Of a DNA stretch of 64,000 bases, positions 7,498 to 16,885 are shown in pieces (position 1 is the first letter of the stretch; every line of letters starts with the position of its first letter). Both the position numbers and the translations under genes were made by a program. The stretch is from the NCBI GenBank assembly GCA_965238175.1, contig CBDEGZ010000003.1:1696001-1760000 (forward strand). Direction: 5' to 3'. Source of the DNA: Gammaproteobacteria bacterium (lineage in GTDB: Bacteria > Pseudomonadota > Gammaproteobacteria > CAJXQU01). Under the pieces are notes generated by a model. It did not search any database. It was not told the origin of the DNA and saw only the letters and a list, made by a program, of their open reading frames with translations.

Positions 7498-9049
7498 TCC
7501 GTCAAAAGCCCTTATTTATTGTAGAGTTTCAGACACGAAACAAAAGCTTGAAGGCTCGGGTCTTGAAAGCCAGGAATTTCGTTGTCGCCAATATGCTACC
7601 AGTCAATCTTATCAGGTTGAAAAAGTCTTTTTAGATGATATGTCTGGTGGTGGTGATTTTATGAAACGCCCCGGCATGGTGTCCTTGCTACATTATCTTA
7701 ATCAACACAATGAAACGAACTATTTTGTTATCTTTGATGATCTAAAAAGGTTAGCCAGAGATACCATGGCGCATTGGCAATTACGCCATGCCATGATGGA
7801 AGTTGGGGCGAAGGTAGAGTGTTTAAATTATAAGTTTGATGACACACCGGAAGGTGAGTTTGTGGAAACTTTATTTGCCGCGCAAGGCCAATTAGAGCGT
7901 AAGCAAATTGGTCGTCAAACCCGGCAAAAAACCAAAGCCAGGTTAGAAGCAGGCTTTCATGCCTTTATTGCACCGACTGGGTTTAAATATAACAAGACCA
8001 AAACGCAAGGTAAGCTATTGCAACGAGATGAACCGGTAGCTTCGGTGATCGCAGAAATGATGGAAGGTTTTGCTTCGGGTAGATTTCAAACCAAGATGGA
8101 AGCAAAGGTGTTTCTTGAAAATCACTCACTTTACCCGAAAACCGCTAGTTGCAAGATTGGTAATAATCAGATCAATAAAATCTTAATGAACCCACTTTAT
8201 GCAGGTTATATTCAATATAAGCCATGGGGCGTATCTTTGCGCAAAGGGCAACATGATGGCATGGTTAGTTATGAAACCTTTCTTAAAATCCAAGAGCGTT
8301 TAAAAGGTCGTGCGCATGCTCCGGCACGTAAAGATTTAAATGAAGAATTTCCCTTAAGAGGCAGTGTCATTTGCACGTGTGGAAATTGCTTAACTTCGGG
8401 TATGTCAAAAAGCCAGACTGGTAAATATTATCCTTATTATAATTGTCAGAAAAAAGGCTGTGACCATTACGGTAAATCCATTCGGCGTGATGTGATTGAG
8501 GGAGAATTTGAAACTTTACTTGAACAGCTTTCGCCAACTCAAAATGTGATAAAAACCGCGAATAAAATGTTTAAAGCCTTGTGGACTCATCGCGAAACTT
8601 CTCAACAAATTTATAAAAAAACATTAGAGAAACAAACCAAAGTCATTGAAAAGAAAATAAACGATTTACTGGATCGCATTGTTGAAGCTGAATCGTCCGT
8701 AGTGGTGAAAGCTTTTGAGAAAAAGATTCATGGGCTAGAAAATGACCAGCGTGTAATTGAAGAAAAAATGGGCCAATGTGGTCGTCCTTTACGACACTTT
8801 GATGACATGTATCGAACCTCGATGGTGTTTCTTGAGAACCCGCATAAAATATGGGCTTTTGGTGGGTTTGAAGACCGTCGAGCAGTGCTAAAATTGACCT
8901 TGGCAGAGCGATTGGTATATGAGCGAAATAAGGGGTATCGAACCCCTGATTTATCGTTACCTTTCAAGATGTTAGAGGGTGTTTCGGGGGGTAAAAATAA
9001 AATGGTGCCCAGAAGAGGACTTGAACCTCCACGACCCGAAGGTCACTAG
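7487..9049 (+). CDS. Large serine recombinase (resolvase + recombinase + Zn-ribbon/coiled coil)
   Basis: YCRVS catalytic motif, DDLKRLARD, NPLYAGY, C-x-C...YYNC zinc ribbon. Confidence 0.92.
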   Translation: MMSSPSKALIYCRVSDTKQKLEGSGLESQEFRCRQYATSQSYQVEKVFLDDMSGGGDFMKRPGMVSLLHYLNQHNETNYFVIFDDLKRLARDTMAHWQLRHAMMEVGAKVECLNYKFDDTPEGEFVETLFAAQGQLERKQIGRQTRQKTKARLEAGFHAFIAPTGFKYNKTKTQGKLLQRDEPVASVIAEMMEGFASGRFQTKMEAKVFLENHSLYPKTASCKIGNNQINKILMNPLYAGYIQYKPWGVSLRKGQHDGMVSYETFLKIQERLKGRAHAPARKDLNEEFPLRGSVICTCGNCLTSGMSKSQTGKYYPYYNCQKKGCDHYGKSIRRDVIEGEFETLLEQLSPTQNVIKTANKMFKALWTHRETSQQIYKKTLEKQTKVIEKKINDLLDRIVEAESSVVVKAFEKKIHGLENDQRVIEEKMGQCGRPLRHFDDMYRTSMVFLENPHKIWAFGGFEDRRAVLKLTLAERLVYERNKGYRTPDLSLPFKMLEGVSGGKNKMVPRRGLEPPRPEGH

Positions 9050-9089
9050 CACCTGAAGCTAGCGCGTCTACCAATTCCGCCACCTGGGC
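9003..9089 (-). tRNA. tRNA-Leu(CAG)
   Basis: GCCCAGGTGGCGGAATTGGTAGACGCGCTAGCTTCAGGTGCTAG...GGAGGTTCAAGTCCTC TTCTGGGCACCA; 87 nt, long variable arm, encoded CCA. Confidence 0.97.
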
Positions 9090-9246
9090 TTGAAATGTCT
9101 TATCATTTCTCACTGGGATGTGAGAATATGTCAGCTAACGTCTTTAAAGACATTTGCATGCACACTTGCATGTACCTAAAACGGCCTGGACAATATCAAG
9201 GCGCGAAATCTACCCGACCATATAAAGAGTGTCAATGAGCAAGTGA

Positions 9247-11442
9247 ATGAGTAAGAGTAAAGAGAAAAAAATCACCCAAAAAACTGATCCGCATTACCAG
9301 CGTGAAGCAGCAAAATATGAAAACCCAATCCCAAGCAGGGAGATGATCCTTGCCTATTTGAAAGACTGTGGTGGTCCGCGAAAATTTGATCATATTGCAA
9401 ATGATCTAAACCTCCGAGATGAAGAACAAACCGTTGCATTGAAGCGACGCTTGAGAGCGATGGAGCGTGATGCACAGTTAATTTATAACCGTCGTGGAGG
9501 TTATGTGCCGCTGGCCGAAGTTGATTTGATCTCTGGTCGCGTGATTGGTCATCCTGATGGTTTCGGGTTTCTTGTTCAAGATAAAGGTGGCGATGATATT
9601 TTTCTTTCTGGCCGTCAAATGCGTAGTGTTTTGCATGGCGATCGTGTTGTTGTCAGCATCACAGGAATTGATCGTCGAGGTCGTTCGGAAGGTTCGATAG
9701 TCGAAGTTCTTGAACGTGCAAATGAACAGGTTGTTGGTCGATATTATGAAGAAAGCGGTGTTGGTTTTGTTGCACCGGATAATAAACGCATTCACCAGGA
9801 TATTATGATCCCACAGGATGCATCCGGTGGCGCATCAAACGGACAAATTGTTGTAGCCGCAATTGTTAAACAACCGGATAAAAGAGCGCAACCAGTTGGC
9901 AAAATCGTTGAAGTAATGGGTGACCATATGGCTCCCGGAATGGAGATCGAAGTTTCGATCCGTGCCCATGAGTTGCCGACAATTTGGCCGAAGGAAGTAG
10001 AAGATGCGGTACAGAAATTGTCTTCAGAAGTCGATGAGAAAGATAAACAACCGAAAGACTTTCCAAGAGAAGATCTACGAGATACACCTTTGGTTACCAT
10101 CGATGGTGAAGATGCTCGGGATTTTGATGATGCAGTTTTTTGTGAGCGGCAAGGCAAGGGCTGGCGCTTATTAGTCGCGATTGCCGATGTTTCACATTAC
10201 ATTCAAGTAGGCTCTCCACTTGATCAAGAAGCACATAAACGCGGAACGTCGGTTTATTTTCCTGATCGTGTTATTCCTATGTTACCCGAGATCATTTCTA
10301 ATGGATTATGTTCTTTAAATCCGGACGTTGATCGACTTTGTATGGTTTGTGAGCTCTCTATTAATGCACAAGGACAAGTGCAACGACATCGCTTTTTTGA
10401 AGGTGTTATGCGATCAGCCGCGCGACTAACATATACAAAAATGGCCGCGATTGTCATTGATAAAGAAAAACAATTATGCACGGAATATAAAAATGTTCTT
10501 CCACATTTGGATGATCTTTATTCACTCTACGAACTTTTCAGAAAGAATAGAGAGAAGCGTGGCGCTATCGATTTTGATACCACCGAAACAAGAATCGTAT
10601 TTGGTGAAGAGAGAAAAATAGATCGGATCGAACCCTTAGTTAGAAACGATGCACATAAATTGATCGAAGAATTTATGGTGGCTGCGAATGTCGCGGCGGC
10701 AGAATTTTTGTTAGCAAATGAGATACCTGCTCTTTATCGAATCCACGAAGATCCTGATCCTGAAAAACTTGCAGATAGACGAAAGTTTTTAAATGAACTT
10801 GGTGTCACGCTTGGAGGAGGGGATAAGCCGACGGCAAAAGATTTCGCAAAATTATTGAAAAAGGTTGCAGGTCGTGAAGATGCGCATTTGATCCAGACGT
10901 TACTTTTGCGTTGTATGCGGCTCGCGGTTTATAACCCAGAAAACGTCGGTCATTTCGGTTTGGCTTTTGATGCGTATACACACTTCACTTCGCCGATAAG
11001 ACGTTATCCTGATCTGCTTGTACATAGAGCAATCCGACATCTAGTACGAACAAAAACATCGGATAATTATAATTACAGTTCTGGTGATATGCAGGTACTT
11101 GGTGAACATTGCTCGATGACCGAAAGAAGAGCTGATGAAGCCACCCGAGATGCCATAAGTTGGCTTAAATGTGAATACATGATGGATAAGGTTGGGGAAG
11201 AATTTGAAGGTGTTATTTCTGCCGTTACTTCATTTGGTTTGTTTGTAGAGTTAGATCAAATTTATGTAGAAGGTCTTGTACATGTTACCGCGCTGAAACA
11301 TGATTATTATCAATTTGATCCGGTAGGACAAAAACTGACCGGTGAACGTAGTGGCAAAACCTATCGCTTAGCAAACAAAATTCGAGTTCAAGTAGCGCGC
11401 GTTGATCTTGATGAAAAGAAAATAGATTTTGAGTTGGTGTAA
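9247..11442 (+). CDS. rnr: Ribonuclease R
   Basis: YENPIPSRE N-terminus, TIDGEDARDFDDA, HFTSPIRRYPDL, C-terminal S1 domain. Confidence 0.97.
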   Translation: MSKSKEKKITQKTDPHYQREAAKYENPIPSREMILAYLKDCGGPRKFDHIANDLNLRDEEQTVALKRRLRAMERDAQLIYNRRGGYVPLAEVDLISGRVIGHPDGFGFLVQDKGGDDIFLSGRQMRSVLHGDRVVVSITGIDRRGRSEGSIVEVLERANEQVVGRYYEESGVGFVAPDNKRIHQDIMIPQDASGGASNGQIVVAAIVKQPDKRAQPVGKIVEVMGDHMAPGMEIEVSIRAHELPTIWPKEVEDAVQKLSSEVDEKDKQPKDFPREDLRDTPLVTIDGEDARDFDDAVFCERQGKGWRLLVAIADVSHYIQVGSPLDQEAHKRGTSVYFPDRVIPMLPEIISNGLCSLNPDVDRLCMVCELSINAQGQVQRHRFFEGVMRSAARLTYTKMAAIVIDKEKQLCTEYKNVLPHLDDLYSLYELFRKNREKRGAIDFDTTETRIVFGEERKIDRIEPLVRNDAHKLIEEFMVAANVAAAEFLLANEIPALYRIHEDPDPEKLADRRKFLNELGVTLGGGDKPTAKDFAKLLKKVAGREDAHLIQTLLLRCMRLAVYNPENVGHFGLAFDAYTHFTSPIRRYPDLLVHRAIRHLVRTKTSDNYNYSSGDMQVLGEHCSMTERRADEATRDAISWLKCEYMMDKVGEEFEGVISAVTSFGLFVELDQIYVEGLVHVTALKHDYYQFDPVGQKLTGERSGKTYRLANKIRVQVARVDLDEKKIDFELV

Positions 11443-11548
11443 AAAATATTTCTTTGATTTGTTCAAAGTATTTTAAAACTAAAATGATTTGGCTGATTAA
11501 ATATAAATACTCTTTATTCCTTGTGGTGTAATTTGATCATTTATTGAT

Positions 11549-11902
11549 ATGGAAAATACTCCACAAAGACATCAAGCAATAACTACAGTCTCAACTATAG
11601 GAATATTACTATCTGCAGCACCAATTGCTTTAATTATTTGGAATTTTTTCTACAAAGGTTTTGTAATACATGGATCTGAAAGCTATATTTACATAAAAAT
11701 ATTCTTATCTTTAACTACTATAATTTCATTTCTTGGATTTATTTATTTACGCAAGTGGGCAATTTTCTTACTTTTTAGTGTATTTATAAGTTACATCATA
11801 GTACCAGTATTTCTTGAAACAACCGGTAGTTACTGGATGAATTTTATTATCCCTATATTTGGTTTGTTTACAGCATATCAAAATAAAGAAGTGTTTAGAT
11901 AG
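11549..11902 (+). CDS. Small AT-rich four-TM hypothetical membrane protein
   Basis: Four hydrophobic segments; fills the gap between rnr and a convergent operon. Confidence 0.55.
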   Translation: MENTPQRHQAITTVSTIGILLSAAPIALIIWNFFYKGFVIHGSESYIYIKIFLSLTTIISFLGFIYLRKWAIFLLFSVFISYIIVPVFLETTGSYWMNFIIPIFGLFTAYQNKEVFR

Positions 11903-12065
11903 TGTTATACCTAATGAATAATAGGGTTAACAATAAAATATCAAGGTTCGGCAAACTTAATTTGGTACAACAGATTATTTTTTTATAAAATAGCATCAAA
12001 TGTGATGTTATTTTAAACCTTCACAATTCTACTTCAGACTTGAACTTAATCTATCGCTTGAAATT

Positions 12066-12959
12066 TTATAACACTGCTTTGAGAGCAATCTTCAGTTCGG
12101 TATATTTAAACTTAAAATTGTTATCGATAAACCGTTTAGGAATGACTCGTTGACCGCCGAGTAATAACCTAGACATCTCGCCTAATCCTGTTTTTAAAAT
12201 AATTGATGGAATGTGCATAAAGGCGAAGCGATTGAGACTACTCGCAAGCGTTTTAGTAAATTCGTTATTAGTCACGGGTTGTGGAGCTGTACCGTTAAAC
12301 ACACCAGAGAGTTCTTGATTGTTGAGTAGGTGAATTATCATTTTGATCAGATCATCTCTGTGTATCCATGACATCCATTGTTGTCCGTTTCCTAATCGTC
12401 CACCTAAACCTAATTTGAATGGTAAAATCATACGACTAAGAAAGCCGCCATCTTTTCCTATCACCAGTCCAATTCTGAGTATGCAAACGCGTAGACCTAA
12501 CTTGTTTGCCTGGTTTGCGGTGTGTTCCCATTCCGCACAGAGTTGGTGGGCAAAGTCATCTTTAAACTCGGATGTCTCATTAAGAGTTTGATCAGCTTGA
12601 TTACCATAGAAGCCAATTGCAGAAGCACTAATTAGTGTTTTAGGTTTTATTTCTGCATTGGCTATGTAATCGATAATTTGTCTGGTTATTCCTATACGAC
12701 TACTCAATAAAATTTTCTTACGTTTCAGAGACCATCGTTTATCTGCAATGGGTTCACCTGCAAGATTAATAATTGCATCGAAATGATCTGTTGGTTTTAG
12801 TGACGTTATTGATTCAATAGAAGAAACATTCTTGCTGAATAAGGGTGGAATTTTTTTAGGTGTGCGACTAACGATCGTTAGCTGATGATTTTGTGACAAT
12901 AAATATTCACAGAGCGCTTTTCCAATGAATCCACTGCCACCCGTGATTAGTATTTTCAT
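12066..12959 (-). CDS. TIGR01777-type NAD-dependent epimerase family protein (YfcH-like)
   Basis: ITGGSGFIG, INLAGEPIADKRW, GQQWMSWIH. Confidence 0.9.
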   Translation of the reverse strand: MKILITGGSGFIGKALCEYLLSQNHQLTIVSRTPKKIPPLFSKNVSSIESITSLKPTDHFDAIINLAGEPIADKRWSLKRKKILLSSRIGITRQIIDYIANAEIKPKTLISASAIGFYGNQADQTLNETSEFKDDFAHQLCAEWEHTANQANKLGLRVCILRIGLVIGKDGGFLSRMILPFKLGLGGRLGNGQQWMSWIHRDDLIKMIIHLLNNQELSGVFNGTAPQPVTNNEFTKTLASSLNRFAFMHIPSIILKTGLGEMSRLLLGGQRVIPKRFIDNNFKFKYTELKIALKAVL

Positions 12960-12983
12960 TGCATGCTTTACACTTATAGAAAA

Positions 12984-13415
12984 CTATTGATCTGCAGAGC
13001 TAATAAATTTTGATCGAATTTCTTCGATTCTTGATCGGTTTTTTCCGAAGTCAGAGTGTCCTAATCTTGAAGCAGATCGAACATGACAAATACTATTATC
13101 GGGTTCACAGTAAAATTCTAGATCATCAACAAAGCCCATCATCGGTGTTTTACACTCTGCATGGATATAGTTTTTATTTGAGGTAATGATTGAGATGCCA
13201 GATTTATAAGTGAGAATGTTTTTTAGTCTTAACATATCACTTTCTGAATTATCACCGAAAATGAAAGGTGCAATTTTATGGTTATAGGAATTATTTGCAT
13301 TACTTAAGTTATCCGAATCTATTTGACTTGAAACACAGTTGGGCGAATCAGGGCAGGGAAGTAGCTTGCCATTTTTGACGCCAAGGTTTGTTGGTCTTTT
13401 TCCTGAAAAGAACAT
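12984..13415 (-). CDS. DUF1499 family protein
   Basis: LLPCPDSPNCVSSQ, FVDDLEF, VRSASRLGHSDFGKNR. Confidence 0.88.
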   Translation of the reverse strand: MFFSGKRPTNLGVKNGKLLPCPDSPNCVSSQIDSDNLSNANNSYNHKIAPFIFGDNSESDMLRLKNILTYKSGISIITSNKNYIHAECKTPMMGFVDDLEFYCEPDNSICHVRSASRLGHSDFGKNRSRIEEIRSKFISSADQ

Positions 13416-13417
13416 TT

Positions 13418-14518
13418 TTAATTATCCGCCAAGTGTTGTAAATGAGTGATGTTATAGTCATAACCAAAGCCAAAACGAAATCCATTTTCTTTAGTCGAAA
13501 ATAAAGTGTTTGGTAATACGGTGAGTTTGTGCTTTTTGATCAAATTTTCTGAAAAGTCTAAGGCTGAATTATTTCCATTGAGTAAGGGAAAGCAAACTGA
13601 ACCGGCTTCAGGTAAGACAAAATTAAGAGTTGAATCATTTTCAGACATGAAGGTTTTTAGTTGATCGAAATTATTTTTGATCAGTTTTCTATTTCGATCC
13701 CATATTTTTGTATGATTCTGGATAACACTAGTCGCTAACTTTTCATCTAATAAACTATTACAGATCGATAAAGATAATTTTATATTTATTGCGCGACCAA
13801 TGATGGATTGATCTTGACAATTGATCCAACCAATTCTGATTGCAGGTAACGCATAAGCTTTAGAGATAACACCAATACTGATCGCTTTGGGATAAAGATC
13901 CGCAACCGAAGGTAATTGATCTTCTTGATTATATTCAAGCCCGCGGAAAACTTCGTCAGATAATATCCAGCAATTATTTTTATCGCAAATTTCAATAATT
14001 TGTCGCAATTCATTTTCGCTGATCATCGCGCCGGTCGGGTTATTTGGAAAGTTGATGATCAATAATTCACAACCAGCACTGACTATTTCTTCTAATTTAT
14101 GTAGATCAATTTCCCAATGTTGATTCGCTATTAATGGAATGAATTTTATTTCACAACCTATGTCTTGTGCGGTATCAAATAAAGGTTCGAATATGGGTGT
14201 GATTGCAGCAACGGTATCGTTTGGTTCAAGTAAGGCTTGAATACTACAAAAGATCGCTTCTTGTGCACCAGCGAATGTGGCAATTCGGTTAATATCATTG
14301 TGATCATAAAGTGTTGTAATTGCTTCTCGGAGTCCTAAGTCTCCAAGTGTTGTTGCATGATCTAATTTTTGCTGGGGATCAAACCGATCTATTTTCCCGA
14401 TCAATTCTTCTAGTTCGGAGGTTGTAAATGGTTGGGGATTCGATTGGTGTATGGGCGTCGGAGAATAAGATGCCCATTGTCTGTTATATTCAGCTATGCT
14501 TTTTTGTTTGAATCGCAT
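13418..14518 (-). CDS. PLP-dependent class I/II aminotransferase-fold enzyme (candidate OvoB-type C-S lyase)
   Basis: NFPNNPTG, SDEVF, SKAYALPAIRIGW; overlaps the ovoA 3' end. Confidence 0.8.
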   Translation of the reverse strand: MRFKQKSIAEYNRQWASYSPTPIHQSNPQPFTTSELEELIGKIDRFDPQQKLDHATTLGDLGLREAITTLYDHNDINRIATFAGAQEAIFCSIQALLEPNDTVAAITPIFEPLFDTAQDIGCEIKFIPLIANQHWEIDLHKLEEIVSAGCELLIINFPNNPTGAMISENELRQIIEICDKNNCWILSDEVFRGLEYNQEDQLPSVADLYPKAISIGVISKAYALPAIRIGWINCQDQSIIGRAINIKLSLSICNSLLDEKLATSVIQNHTKIWDRNRKLIKNNFDQLKTFMSENDSTLNFVLPEAGSVCFPLLNGNNSALDFSENLIKKHKLTVLPNTLFSTKENGFRFGFGYDYNITHLQHLADN

Positions 14519-16614
14519 CTTTTCCAGATTGTCATTTGTGCAATGGTATGTTGATGCTTACGAGCTGTTTCTCGGATTACAAAAGGTACATCAATCGGTT
14601 CACAGAATGGCTCGAAATGATCTTTTAAGAAATGGTATAGACCATCCAGTGTCGTGACATTTTCACCATTGATTTTTCGACCACCAACCCAATGTTGCTT
14701 ATCGGTATATTCTTCTAACCAAGTGTAAGGAGATGTGAGAACAAGTAAGCCACCGACATTCATACGCTTATGAATTGATTTTAAAAATATAGCTGGTTCA
14801 TACAGACGATCGATTAAATTACCTGCAAAGATTAAATCATAATCTTTATAGTTGGGTTTTAAATTACAAGCATCTCCTTGACTGAAATCAATTTTATCCG
14901 CAAATTGATCAAGATTAAGATCTTCCAAACTGATTTGTTTGAGAGTGGTTAATTCACCCTCATCGGTAATCAAGTATCTCAATTGGCCGTGATCGCGCAA
15001 ACTAAGCGCATTACGTATAAATCGTGTGGAGAAATCGATCGCATCAACATGTGTTGCATGCTGTGCTATCTCAAAACTACTGCGACCAACGGCACAACCA
15101 ATATCGAAGGCGCGATCAAATTTTTTATCACCAGCAACTTCTATTATTTTAGCAATACATGCTTTCGGGAAATTAGGAACAGAAAAGTATTCAGCGCCAT
15201 AATGAAACTCCAGATACTGAGAAATAAATTCATCAGATTCATAACTATTAAAAGTCTGATCAACTTTTTCATTCGATTCAATATAACGAAAACCGGCATG
15301 CTGATAAAAGTGACGACGAAAAGCATAACGGCTGTCTCTTAAGGCTTCATTACCGGTGGAAACCCAACTGCCACCCTTGATCAGATTATGTCGACCATCA
15401 AAAGTAGGGACTGAAAAGTCATCATAGGCCGGATGAACTTTAAAACCATCAAATGCATCAATGGCGGTTTCAGTCCATTGCCAGACATTGCCAACAATGT
15501 CACCGAATTTAGCGTGCATAAATTGATCAACTGGCGACGAGGATGCCCAGTATTCAAGATTGATATTGCCCGGTGCTTTTATCCACTCGGTATGATCATT
15601 TTCGATATAGAGATCATAAAGTCGGTACCATTCAGCTTCGCTTGGTAATCTTATTTTTTTTCCGGTGCTCGCAGAGAGCCAATTACAGAAGGCTTTTGCT
15701 TCATGAAAGTTCACATCGACAGGCCAACTCCAGGGCATATCAATTTCTTCAAGCATTGTTCGATAGCGAAAGGAGTGATTATTTTTGATCCAAAATATTG
15801 GATAGCTGACTTTTTTAAATTGGTTCCACTCCCAACCTTCTTCGTTCCACCAACATTCGGATTGATAGCCACCGTCTTTGACGAATTTCAAAAACTCTTT
15901 GTTAGAAACAAGAAATTGACTTGCGTTAAAAGGTGAAACGTTAGACTTCAAAGAACCATATTCATTGTCCCAGCCAAAAGTTTCTGAGGGTTGCGAACGA
16001 CCTTGAATAACTTCACCAGAGGCTATTGGAATCAAATGATTTTCTGGAGCATGTTTTTTGCGTGTACAACATATTGGCCAGTCAGTACTTGGTGCGACAA
16101 GGTCAATCGGTAACTGTCGAATTAAAACGGAAGAGGTTTCAAGATGAATTCTTTCGTGTTCAATTCCCATTAAAATAATCCAGAAAGGATCATTCCACTG
16201 TATCGGTAAACTAATTGGAAGTGTGTCGATTAATTGATCGACTAATGCATGAACTTCTTTTCGATATTCACGAACTTGTTCTACGCCAGGCCAATTATAA
16301 TTTTTTTCATCGAGATCATCCCATGACATCTCATCAACACCGATTGCCATCATCGATTCCATATCAGGGTTTACGCGTTGTTCTATGTTTTTGGAGACGA
16401 TCAATTTATTAATATAAAAAGTCGCTGTATGTCCGTAGTAGAAAATTAGAGGGTGACGAAGTGGCTCTGGACGTTCGAAGTAAGCTGAATTATTTTTTAA
16501 AGTAGCAAAAAGGGATTCGTATTGTTTACAGGTCGCATGAAAGTATTCACGAATCTCTTCACGTTTTTTCTCAGCATCGCCTGAGTCGATAATGGGTGTT
16601 TTATATGTTTGCAT
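14494..16614 (-). CDS. ovoA: 5-histidylcysteine sulfoxide synthase (ovothiol biosynthesis)
   Basis: RHPLIFYYGHT, HERIHLETSSVLIRQ, FGE-like middle domain, RRHFYQHAGFRY, C-terminal SAM methyltransferase (DIGCAVGR). Confidence 0.95.
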   Translation of the reverse strand: MQTYKTPIIDSGDAEKKREEIREYFHATCKQYESLFATLKNNSAYFERPEPLRHPLIFYYGHTATFYINKLIVSKNIEQRVNPDMESMMAIGVDEMSWDDLDEKNYNWPGVEQVREYRKEVHALVDQLIDTLPISLPIQWNDPFWIILMGIEHERIHLETSSVLIRQLPIDLVAPSTDWPICCTRKKHAPENHLIPIASGEVIQGRSQPSETFGWDNEYGSLKSNVSPFNASQFLVSNKEFLKFVKDGGYQSECWWNEEGWEWNQFKKVSYPIFWIKNNHSFRYRTMLEEIDMPWSWPVDVNFHEAKAFCNWLSASTGKKIRLPSEAEWYRLYDLYIENDHTEWIKAPGNINLEYWASSSPVDQFMHAKFGDIVGNVWQWTETAIDAFDGFKVHPAYDDFSVPTFDGRHNLIKGGSWVSTGNEALRDSRYAFRRHFYQHAGFRYIESNEKVDQTFNSYESDEFISQYLEFHYGAEYFSVPNFPKACIAKIIEVAGDKKFDRAFDIGCAVGRSSFEIAQHATHVDAIDFSTRFIRNALSLRDHGQLRYLITDEGELTTLKQISLEDLNLDQFADKIDFSQGDACNLKPNYKDYDLIFAGNLIDRLYEPAIFLKSIHKRMNVGGLLVLTSPYTWLEEYTDKQHWVGGRKINGENVTTLDGLYHFLKDHFEPFCEPIDVPFVIRETARKHQHTIAQMTIWKRCDSNKKA

Positions 16615-16647
16615 GGATGACTATTTTATTGTTGTTTGGTTCTGAAT

Positions 16648-16881
16648 CTAGACCGTGGTTATACGTATTTGTTCCTCTCCAAATTGAATAATATCACCTG
16701 AGACTATCTTTTTCCTTTTACGTGTTTCAATAAGCCCGTTGACGAGTACTTCACCAGCAGCGATAACAGATTTAGCTTCGCCACCACTTGAAACCCAGCC
16801 TTCAAATTTCAGAATCTTATAAAGCTCCACGGGTGATGTTTTTATTTCTACAGATGGAATGTCTTTTTCTGATTTGCTCAT
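16648..16881 (-). CDS. S4-domain RNA-binding protein (YbcJ/YaaA-like)
   Basis: ELYKILK...SGGEAK...VNG..ETRKRKKI..GD. Confidence 0.9.
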   Translation of the reverse strand: MSKSEKDIPSVEIKTSPVELYKILKFEGWVSSGGEAKSVIAAGEVLVNGLIETRKRKKIVSGDIIQFGEEQIRITTV

Positions 16882-16885
16882 TTAA

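Larger units (their letters stand above)
1..9002 (+). mobile_element. Integrative element E1 (serine recombinase + VirD4-like cassette) at the 3' end of tRNA-Leu; left end outside window
   Basis: Recombinase abuts and overlaps the tRNA 3' end; gene order matches a second copy at about 42.4-49.1 kb. Confidence 0.8.
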
